This document shows positions 50,901 to 61,716 of a stretch of 64,000 nt of DNA, in pieces (the first letter of the stretch is position 1; every line of letters starts with the position of its first letter). The stretch covers positions 4,480,259-4,544,258 of the forward strand of contig CAVNZM010000002.1 in the NCBI GenBank assembly GCA_963693365.1, read 5' to 3'. This DNA comes from Amoebidium appalachense (lineage: Eukaryota > Protista > Ichthyosporea). The notes beneath the pieces were generated by a model. It had not been told where the DNA came from, did not search any database, and worked only from the letters and a program-made list of their open reading frames with translations. The position numbers were made by a program, and so were the translations under genes.

Positions 50901-53664
50901 CGTGAGTCCAATCCAGTATTCACCAACCCAATTGAGCGACAAAAGTGTTTCTATGGGTTAAGTTCTCTGGGCCCCTCACCAGTCAATCGATTGGACAGGT
51001 GCATTGGTATGATGTAGCAACTTGGATGCACTCCCCAGTGTTCAGAGAGATGATTGAGCAAGCATAGTACTTTGGAGATTGCATGCGCTGGTTGGGACTG
51101 ATGATGGATGACAGCATGGTGTAGGCAGGGATGGCTATGGCTAGTGCATGCCTTGGTGACTTTCATGGTCTAGCCAGGGGACACTGAATCATGGCCACAC
51201 AGGCACACAGGGCCCAGGCAAGTCTTGCAGACCATATACATATAGAGCACCTCGGCACCGCCCAATGGATTGTCTCACCTTCAGGCGCCTTCTGAACGGA
51301 GGATTTTATACACTATGGTCCCTACCATCAACCGGGTTCACTGGACTCAGATTAGCATTCTTGGCACTCCTGATTGATTTGGCGTTCTTACCTGTTTACC
51401 GAAAACCTGTGACATTTTCCTGCCAACGCCAACCCAAATAGTATGCTTGCTGTGTCTAAGGGACCGCTGAGATAACAATGGGCATAGCACTGGTGGTGCC
51501 CATCAATAACATCGGCCAGTAACCCTCTGCATCCAAACCTGCAGCCAACCAGAGCGGCCGTCAGCTTAGAAAGGTGCCTTTAGGGGCACTCATCTCTAGA
51601 GCGTCTGTGAGAGCTGGTCTTGCAGCATGTGTTGTCTGCCTTTGTTGGTGGGTACTGACGGCAGGGGTGGCAGGTTGAAGAGCACGAGCCGGAGGGAGAT
51701 TTTGAGCCGATCGTGCGGCTGGCGGCAGTGGAGGTCAAGACGATGGAGGAGGACGAGGACACGCTGTTTGCGGCGCGGGCCAAGCTGTACCGGTTTGCCG
51801 AGGGCAACGAATGGAAGGAGCGGGGCACGGGGGACATGAAGGTGCTCAAGCACCGGGTCACGGGCAAGGTGCGCATCCTCATGCGCCGCGAGAAGACCCT
51901 CAAGATCTGCGCCAACCACGTGGTCACCGCCGCCCTGCAGCTGCAGCCCTTCAAGCCGAACCCCACCATGGCCATCACCTGGGTCACCCCCGCCGACTTC
52001 TCCGAGGAGGAGGCCCGCCCCGAGAAGTTCTGTGCCCGCTTCCGCGACCCCGAGACCCTGGATAAGTTCAAGAAAGCCGTCGAGGAGGCCGCCGCCGCCG
52101 CCGCAAACGCCCCCAGCAGCAGCGGCCCCGCCCAGCCGGCCCCGCCCAAGGACGGCAAGGGCCTGGCCGAGCTGTTTGCCCAGGCCCCCGGCCAGTGGAA
52201 GTGCCCGGCCTGCCTGGTGGCCAACAAGAAGGACGACGACCGCTGCCCGGCCTGCCATACCCCCCGCCCCGGCGCAGACCCCAAGCCCGCCCAACAACTT
52301 GACCTTACCGCTCCCGCCATATCGGCCTTCCCGGCCGTCGGGGCACCCAAGTTCACATTTGGGGTACCTTCCAGGGACACTGGGGCCAAGCCGGCGACTG
52401 CTGCAGAGTCAGACAGTCAGGCCGGCAGCAGTGAGCAGGGAGCAGGCAGGTGGCCCCGGCTGGCTGGGGTGCATGGGTATGCACAGGAGCTAACAGACCC
52501 CACAGGCACACCAGAGGCTAAGGCGGCCCTCAGTGTGGTCGACATGGCAAAGGCCGGTGGGTGCGAGGGCGTGCATGGGGGGCACAAGGGTGCTTGGTGC
52601 TAACAGAGTGGGCAGGGGACCTGGAGGGGCTGCGGAAGGTGCTGGCAGATAAAAATGGCCCCAAGCCCGACCTGACTGCACAAGATGCCGACGGGTACAC
52701 ACTCCTGCAGAGGGTCGCCATGCTGGGTGCGTGCATGCCTGCAGTGTGTATGCTGCTTAGTGCTAGATGTGTGGTGTGTGTATGCTGCTTAGTGCTAGAT
52801 GTGTGGTGTGTGTGGTGCTTGGTGTGTTGTGTGTGATGTCTGTGGTTCTTTGTGCTTGGTGTGTGCGATGTGGTGCTTGGTTGTGTGTTGCTTGGTGTTG
52901 GTGTGGCTTGTGTGCTGCTTGGTGTGTGTTGTGTGTTGTGTGCTGCCTGGTGCTTGATGTGTGATGGGTGTGGTGCTTGGTGCTTGGTGCTCGATGTGTG
53001 ATGGGTTTGGTGCTTGGTGCTTGGTGCTCGATGTGTGATGGGTGTGGTGCTTGGTGCTTGGTGCTCGATGTGTGATAGGTGTGGTGCTTGGTGCTGTGCT
53101 TGATGTGTGATGTTTGATGCTTGATGCTTGGTGCTTGGTGCTTGATGTGTGATGTTTGGTGCTTGGTGCTTGGTGCTTGGTGCTTGGGGTTGATGTGTGA
53201 TGGGTGTGGTGCCTGGTGAGGGCACTGACAGGCACGTGCAGGGCCGTCGCTGGGCAAGGCGGAGGTACTTTCGTTGATGGCGGATGAGGGGGCCGACGTG
53301 AATGCGGCCACAGCCAATGGCAGAACAGCGCTGCACATGCTGGCGGCCATGGTGAGCACTGGGGGTGCTGGCAGGGGGCTGGCTGGCAGTCGCTGACCAG
53401 GGGGGGCAGAATGACGTTGCAAGCATGGGGGTGCTGCTGAATGCCGGGGCAGACCCTGACAGGAAGGACAACGAGGGCCACACCACAGTCGACCTGTGCA
53501 AGAGCAGCGATGCACGCAGTGGGTGCCCCATAGCTCAGGGGGGAGGGCGGGGGGTACATGTGCTCATTTTCTTGTCTCATGCAGCTGGACTACTGAATCG
53601 CCGCCAAGCACGCCAGGAGGTCGAGGTGAAGAGTCACGAAGAAAGTGAGGAAGATGAGGTAGGT

Positions 53665-53720
<56 letters not shown>

Positions 53721-53795
53721 AAATACTGACCTGGGTGGCAGTATGAAACCGAAGATTCCGAGGAAGACGAGGGGGTGGATGACAGGGACTATTAG
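37293..53795 (+). CDS. Large Nup358/RanBP2-like protein: LRRs, coiled coil, Pro-rich linker, 5x(RanBD + RanBP2-type ZnF + FG repeats), ankyrin repeats, acidic tail
   Basis: Splice phases were followed continuously from ATG 37293 to TAG 53795. LRRs: LDLSKNLLAELPAAIGTLTKLEVLNVERNKLSMLPDELGSL. RanBD: FEPIVRL...RAKLYRF...EWKERGTG...RILMRREKTLKICANH. ZnF: WKCPACLVANKKDDDRCPAC. FG motifs: GLFG/PLFG/SFG/GFGG. ANK: GADVNAATANGRTALHMLA, LLNAGADPDRKDNEGHT. The single-transcript model is inferred, not observed. Confidence 0.8.
41273..42250 (+). repeat. RanBD-ZnF-FG cassette exon 1 (978 nt, phase 0/0)
   Basis: cag|GATGAC ... GAG|gttggt; core near-identical to the other four copies. Confidence 0.88.
43780..44880 (+). 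repeat. RanBD-ZnF-FG cassette exon 2 (1101 nt, phase 0/0)
   Basis: ctaac..cag|GACGAT ... CAG|gtgagt. Confidence 0.9.
46753..47808 (+). repeat. RanBD-ZnF-FG cassette exon 3 (1056 nt, phase 0/0, distinct FG tail)
   Basis: cag|GTTGAG ... GAG|gtgggt. Confidence 0.88.
49242..50342 (+). repeat. RanBD-ZnF-FG cassette exon 4 (1101 nt, phase 0/0)
   Basis: ctgac..cag|AGCGAT ... CAG|gtgggt; same length and tail as copy 2. Confidence 0.9.
51674..52430 (+). repeat. RanBD-ZnF exon 5 (short tail, phase 0/1, leads into the ankyrin exons)
   Basis: ctgac..cag|GTTGAA ... A|gtgagc. Confidence 0.8.
52745..53210 (+). repeat. Intronic compound satellite built from ttggtgc heptamers and gatgtgtgatggg units
   Basis: Direct inspection. 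Confidence 0.85.
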
Positions 53796-53999
53796 CCCGG
53801 CTGCCCTGAACGTTTGCCGAGTACATAAAGACATGTATCATCTCGATGGTGCCCCCTGGTGGGGCCTGCCCATACCCGAGCGCAATGTAAATCTGACATA
53901 TATTGCCTTGTTCCTTTGCAGTTTGAGTGGTGGGAGGATGTGTGCGCGTCCGTGCGTGCGTCCGTACGTACACGTGTGCCTTCGGTGGTGATGGTGGTG

Positions 54000-54038
<39 letters not shown>

Positions 54039-54487
54039 GAAATACGGCAAATCATCGTATCGTCCTTACAGTTAAAACTTGTACAAAGCTAAGGCTTCAT
54101 GCCCCTTCCCTTCCGCCATGTTTGGCGCTTGCGTTTAGTCATAGATGGACATAATGAAATGGAGTTGAACATGTACATGGGCTTTCATTAGGAGTACGTG
54201 TTGAACATGTCGTGCGAAACACTGTTTCGATTACTGTACAGACTGTGCAGGGCTATGCTGGGGAGAAGACGGTCGACCGTGATTTGGTTTATATTTATAT
54301 ACCTCATTATTTTTATTTACATCCAGGAGCAGAACTAATAATAATACTATGTATCCATATATGCAAGAGCAGAACTTTAAGTAAATGTATCCATATATGC
54401 ATGCGATAGCCGAACCGACGGTTATCAAATTCGGCCAACTGATATGTAGGATCATATATCAGATTGCTCGCATTACAGACAAGAACG

Positions 54488-54522
<35 letters not shown>

Positions 54523-55164
54523 CTTTTTTGATGAGCCCATAAATCCCACCAAACATCATTCTTGGCATTCGATATAATGCCATGGGGCCACCACATATGC
54601 TTGGTGGACATGCTGCTGCTATTCAACCTCCAAATGGCCACCCATCAGGCACACACATAGGGCCGCAGCACGTGCACATGCATGTCATTGAACACACCAT
54701 TACTATATATCAGTTTACTGTACTGCTTGGCAACAACAGCACACACGTGCCCATTAATATTCACAATGCTTCATGAGGGCAGCATGTTGGCGCTGGCCAG
54801 GCAACCAGTGGGGATGGGGCCATAATATTATGCACATGCACATGCATGTTTGCTGCCAGTGCCATGGCTCATGAAGCTTCGAAAGCCAGATGTATTGAAA
54901 CTATGTTTGATAGTCATCAACATCAATCCACAAAATCCACAAGAGTTTCTGCTGTTTGGCTACATATAGAAGAGTCTAATACCACACAGACACACATGTA
55001 TACCACCGTAACAAAAAAAAAAAAAAAAAAAAAAAAAAGAGTCCAAGTATTATCTCCATTTTAAATTTAGAAGTGTATCTCGTATTTATAAGTAGAAGTA
55101 CCTACAGTCGGCCTTGGTGCCGGCCCCTTATCACAGCTCACATACATGTCGCTAATAAACAGAG

Positions 55165-55205
<41 letters not shown>

Positions 55206-55653
55206 AAAAAAAGAAGAAGAAGAAGAAGAATAAGAAGAATAATTAAAATGTCGTTAGTAACGCGTAAGTACAGAGCCATTTATGACGCCAAGGCCATAGC
55301 GCTCAATGTTACTTGGGGAAATTTTCAAACAATTGAATCGTCGATAAAAGGTATACAAACCTCCATTATCTATCTCACAGTGTATGTCTTTCCTTCCTGC
55401 CACGACATGCATGTTAATTCCTGAAACACAATTTTCTTGGTTAATGTCGGTTTGCTTCAGTGACACTACATAATGAATGCTATGCAGGAAAGCCACGTAA
55501 AAAGTTTATGCACACTAGTACTCTCGAGAGCGTCCGGATTGTGATGAATTAAAACCTTTGTTTTACTCATACCAAAGGGGAAAGGATAAATTATGTGCCA
55601 GTAGTGTAAAGCAAATGAGGCAAAGCGGGGTGGGTGGGGGTGGCGCCGCTGCT

Positions 55654-55718
<65 letters not shown>

Positions 55719-56573
55719 GCCACCATTACGTACCACCATAGAGCAATGGGGATTTTTGAGCGATTTCGGGGACCAGGTCAAGTTTTTTTTTTTTCTTATG
55801 ATTTTATTGATGCCCTCAAAGGACACGAAAAAGCGAGATATCGCAGACACCTTGGGGTTCACTTTGTGCGACATAGTCTATCATAGAAACCACTTCGATA
55901 TAATGTCGGTGTGATCAGAATATCCCGATCGGCCTACCAAATCTGACCGGGGACGTCAATTCGAAAGCAACATGGGGTGTACTTTTCGTGAGGTAGGGCG
56001 ACAGCGGGGCTATTTGTTAATAAATTATACATTTAGGCTGTAAAACCATCCATAATGATGGCCGGCATCCTTGAACAATGGCATATCCCCGTGCAGGGTC
56101 AAACCAAGCAAACACATGCTGGGTGATTCAGGGACTCGATGTACATGTACGGTTGATTCATGCAACAAACACTGCTGCACAGGCAAGTAGTAGTACCTCC
56201 ATGTGTATTTATAGTTGTTTATTTCATGCTCCGATGAAGTACGATGCTGACGATTGCAGACCTGTATGCATACATTAAACACTTTGCCATTCTCAGTGCG
56301 GCACTACTTATGATGTCCGGCCTGAATACTTGAACCCTTGGCAGAAACAGCACCTACGTGTCATTCGACTTATTCTTGTGGTCAAAATTTACACCAGCCC
56401 AACCCCACTCCCGTCCCCATAGGCCAACATTGAGGAATTCTGCTTCATGTCTGCCTATGGTAGACTAATTGCCCGGTGTCCACGTGGGGTCTAGTGGTGT
56501 GCCCGCGCCACAGGCACGGTGCTCTCAGTGTACAGTCCTTCGTGTGTCATTCATTCCAGTCCCATGCATGGTA

Positions 56574-56989
56574 CTAGCGCACGGTGCTGTATCTGGCCAT
56601 CAGCTTGTCCAGGTCCAGCCCAAGCAGTGCCCCCACCTCCTGCGTCTCCCCCCATGCGCTCGTGTCCGTGGCTCCTGCACCCCCCACGTCACCACATGAC
56701 CACCTCCACCCCCTGCACAAGACATGCCATATGCCTGCACAATGGTGAGTGCAACCACACTCGACCCATCCATCCACACATAATACACACATGCACCCAG
56801 TCCATTGGCTCTCACATGTGCACCCTCACACACACACATCCAACGCCAACAGGTCTGCTCACTTGCGCTGGCCTTAGGCAGCCACCCATATCCTGTCCCC
56901 CCCCCCCTCCCCCCACACCCACCCACACCCACACCCATGCCCACGCCCACGCCCACACCCATACCCACAGCCCCCACCCCCACCTAGCC

Positions 56990-57027
<38 letters not shown>

Positions 57028-57933
57028 CCCTCCGCCCCCCACCTGCTACTGCAGCATAGTGTGGCTGTGTCTGGCCAACGGATCCAGACGATGCCGCTGT
57101 TGCAGGCACCTCAGCATTTAGGGCCATAGGTGCCTGGCCACTGACCGACTGTCTTTGGGCGCTTGCAGCAGCAGCAGGGGCAGCAGCCACGGCTGGGGCC
57201 AGGGCAGTGGGTGGGGATTGGGGGGTAGGCTGCTGAGGGCTGGCTGGTTGCTGCCGGCCAGCCAGGGCCGAGGCCCAGCCCAGCACCGTGCCCACCACCG
57301 AGGCCGGCCGGCTGGTTGCTGGTTGGTGGCTGGTGGGTGCCCCACCCTGGCTGGCCCCCCTGGCCCGCCGCGGCAGGGTGTCCCCTGCTGCTGGCTCGGC
57401 CTGCGTCTTGGCCCTGCCCAGCTGCCAGCTCTCTGGCCCAGTCACCGTGGCTGGGCTGGCTGCCGTGGCCGTGTGGCGTAGGCTGCTGGGCGCATGGTCT
57501 GGGGTGGCACTGCGTGGACCCGCCCAGTCCGTGGGGGGTGAGGCCATGTCTGGGCCCGGTGACCCAGAGGGATGCCACGTAAAGTCCCCCTCCACACTGG
57601 CCTCCCCCGTCAGACTGTCCTCCCCCAGCCCTGCCCTGCTACGTCAGCACCCCCATGCCCCAGGCCACAGCCACCAACCACAGCCCAGCGACACACCTGC
57701 TGCCTGCACCCATGGGTGTGCCCAGGCCTGGGGCAGGGTCAGCCGGGCATCAGGGTCTAGACGTAGCAGCCCACGTATAAGATCCTGAGCCTCTGTGAAG
57801 GAATGTCAGCCACCCAGCACACAGGGAGTGAGGTCTGGGGGGACATGCACACCCCACACACCTGCAGACATGGAAGGGGGGATGGGCAGCTGCTCGATCT
57901 TGCTGCGGATCTGTGGCCCTGTCAGTGCCTGCA

Positions 57934-58029
<96 letters not shown>

Positions 58030-60085
58030 ATCCTACCCCCCCTCCCACCTCTGCCAGTAGCTGTGTAGGCTCCTGTGCCTGGAACGGAAAGCTGCCAGCC
58101 AGCAGTGCTGCCACACCACCCACATGCTGTCAGAAACCGTAGCCCCCCTCCCCCACCCTTCCCCCGGGATCACCAGCACCTACCGTAGAGAAGGATCCCG
58201 AGGGACCAGGCATCACACGGTGGCCCTGCAGCCAACCTCCTTAGTACCCACTGGGTGCATGCCACCCACCCGGTGTGGTGTGTGCTGGTGCATGCCAAGC
58301 AAATATCGTCTTCTAGATAAATGCACATGTTCATGTGGTTGAACTTGTGCATGCATCCACATTTGCATGCCTTGTGTGCCTGTGTGCCACCCTTGCGTGT
58401 GCCTGTGTGCATACACCCGCCCTTGCGTATGCCTGTGTGCATGCATCCACCCTTGTATGCCTGTGTGCATGCATCCACCCTTGTATGCCTGTGTGCATGC
58501 ACCCACCCTTGTATGCCTGTGTGCATGCATCCACCCTTGTATGCCTGTGTGCATGCATCCACCCTTGTATGCCTGTGTGCATGCATCCACCCTTGTATGC
58601 CTGTGTGCCTGTGTGCCACACTTGCGTGTGCCTGTGTGCATACACCCGCCCTTGCGTATGCCTGTGTGCATGCATCCACCCTTGTATGCCTGTGTGCATG
58701 CATCCACCCTTGTATGCCTGTGTGCATGCATCCACCCTTGTATGCCTGTGTGCCTGTGTGCCACCCTTGCGTGTGCCTGTGTGCATACACCCGCCCTTGC
58801 GTATGCCTGTGTGCATGCATCCACCCTTGTATGCCTGTGTGCATGCATCCACCCTTGTATGCCTGTGTGCATGCATCCACCCTTGTATGCCTGTGTGCAT
58901 GCATCCACCCTTGTATGCCTGTGTGCATGCACCCACCCTTGTATGCCTGTGTGCATGCATCCACCCTTGTATGCCTGTGTGCATGCACCCACCCTTGTAT
59001 GCCTGTCTCAGCAGCACCTCTGGTGCCGTGTACTCGTATGTGCCACAGCGGGTCTCCAGCACCTGTCTCTTGAAGTTGCCCGAAAAACCAAAGTCTGCAG
59101 CCTCCGTCAGAAACCAACCCCCTCCCCCCCCTTCTCGCCCATCCATCCCTCCTGGGCCACCCAGCCATGCACTCACCTATCAGCCGGATGTCGTTGTCTT
59201 CCGTCACAATGATGTTCTGCAACACTTCGTCAGAATCCCCCCCACCACTTCGTCAGAATCCCCCCCCCCCCCCCCCCCCCCCTCCCCCCCCCTTCGCCCC
59301 CAGTCCACCCTCTCTCCTCCCCAAACAGCCAGCACGCCCGCCAGCAAATCCCCCCCCCCCCCCCCCCCCCCTCCACCGCACCTCCATCTTGATGTCCCTG
59401 TGGGCCACAAAGTGCTGGTGGCAGTAGGCCACGGCCATCAGCAGGCGAGCAAACACGGGGGCAGCAATGTGTTCGGGCACCATGCCCTGGGGGTGGCCTG
59501 CCGCATACTCGTCCAGGGTGGGCCCCTTGACATATTCCATGGCCAGGTAGATGTGCTGCTCACTCTCACTGACATCCAGTAGCCGCACTATATTGGGGTG
59601 CCTTAACAGGCGCAGGCACTCGATCTCACGATAGACCCGCTGCAGCAGGGCTGGGGGTATCTCTGACTTCTTTAACATCTTTAAAGCAACCTGCTGGTTG
59701 GTCTGCGTGTTGACGGCCAGCACGACCTCGCTGAACCCGCCCACGCCCAGCCTCTTTCCCTCCCTATACTTGCCCAAACTGTACAGCACGGGGGGTGTGG
59801 CCGTGTCCACACTGCCCCCCTCGGCCATGACCTGCCGCAGCTCAGCAACCCACCGCTGCCGTCCTGCCTCCGTGTCTGTGCGGCATAGGAAGTCCCTGCA
59901 GTGCACACTGTAAGTGCACACCAACAGCCACACAAGCACCCGCCCAGCCAAATAGCCAAATGAATACCCTCCCAGCCACATAAATAGCCAACCAGCCAAA
60001 TGAATACCTTCCCAGCCACATAAATAGCCAACCAGCCAAATGAATACCTTCCCAGCCACACATATAGCCGTCCAGTCCCAGCCCC

Positions 60086-60149
<64 letters not shown>

Positions 60150-60276
60150 ACGCACCTCACCACACCACAAGAATGTGCATAACTACATATAACTCGAATT
60201 CAACCCCCTTCCACATCACCACCATGCAGGCAACCACCTAGTGACACTGCAAGTGTTCACACACCCACACACTGAT

Positions 60277-60325
<49 letters not shown>

Positions 60326-61644
60326 ACCACACCCACCATGCAACCCTGCCCCTCCACACACACACACCTCGATGCAAACCCTCCCCACCCTCCCTCCGCC
60401 CAACCCCCTTGCCCCTGCACGCACCTGACCATGGTGCGTATGGTGAAGGCACATGCCTTGCCACAGTCCACGCCCTGCAGGGTGTTGCAGGGCACAAAGC
60501 TGCGCCACTGCGCCCCACCCAGCGCCTCCTGTGGCAAAGTTAGAAAAACACAACATCCCCCCCCCCCCCCCCCCCCCCCCCGCCCCCCATTTGGAGGCAT
60601 GCACCCACCTCGCTGTCAAAAAAGAAGATGGCATGGGGGGTCAGCACACACAGTTGGGGCCGCCAGGGCTGCAGTGCCTGCGGGCCACCAAATTGTCAGC
60701 CACCCACAAAGAGTGCGCAGTATAGCCGTGCCTAACATATGACCGTACAGGTGGCCAATACATAGTTTTCTAATTAGTCAAAGTCTATGCGCAGTTTCTC
60801 CGCGGGGAGGGGGCGGGGGGCGGGGGGGGGGGGGGGGGGGGGGGAGGGGGGGAGGACAACGGGCAGAAATAAGAAACGAGTATGGCGGCAAACACTGGCA
60901 AAATCTGATTGGTGGAAGCAAAGCAAATAAGACAGCGACATCATTGATGGCCCACACAGCCTCCTTTCAGTAGAACGGAGCAGGAAAACAACTCAAAAAA
61001 GGCAACTGAGCTACTCCTTGACTATCCGGCATAAAGCAATACTCATTACAGTACGATTCCATGATCACACCGGACTAACGACATAGCTATTCCGGTATAT
61101 CTACCTCCCGAACAGTAAAACCGGAATAGTGTCGGTAGTTACTTAACGTGGGTCGTCCTTTGGGGTTCAACACGCTTTCACAGTGTGACAACAAGAGATC
61201 CCACCAGACATTTCACATCCTCCCCCACCAATTACAGCCGGTGTATCGCCTTTTATAACACCTAAAACATGATATGTGCTTCACTCACACGTGTCCACCA
61301 CCCACATGCGACGTGTGTCCACCATCCACATACGACACATCTAGCACCCACATAACATCTAGCGCCCACATACGACACATCTAGCACCCACATACGACAC
61401 ATCTAGCACCCACATACGACACATCTAGCACCCACATACCCTAAATGATTTCCTCTGCAGCCAGGCCTTGTATCTGATGTTGGGTGCCCCGTGCTCCTGC
61501 CAATACAGCTGGTTCACTAGGCCCCCCTCTGTGCACCCTGTCAGCACAACTATGCCCACATCATGCCCAAAAACATAGACACAACCATGCATACACAGGG
61601 CACGGCCATGCCCACACACACACGCATGGCCATGGACAAAACAT

Positions 61645-61716
<72 letters not shown>

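Noticed and set aside
41008-52389. Long antisense ORFs over the RanBD exons (for example 43656..45341, 561 aa)
   Set aside because: Shadow ORFs caused by high GC3 on the coding strand; no recognisable domains.
41273-52430. Five separate tandem RanBP1 genes
   Set aside because: Each copy has a branch point and AG in front, a GT donor before any stop and compatible phases, and lacks its own evident promoter or consistent start codon.
55166-55716. Inverted pair of C-tract+A-tract and T-tract+G-tract
   Set aside because: Such compound homopolymers occur repeatedly in the window, so the complementarity is expected by chance.
58367-59005. CRISPR-like regular repeat
   Set aside because: Units are head-to-tail with no unique spacers, the context is a eukaryotic intron, and there are no cas genes.
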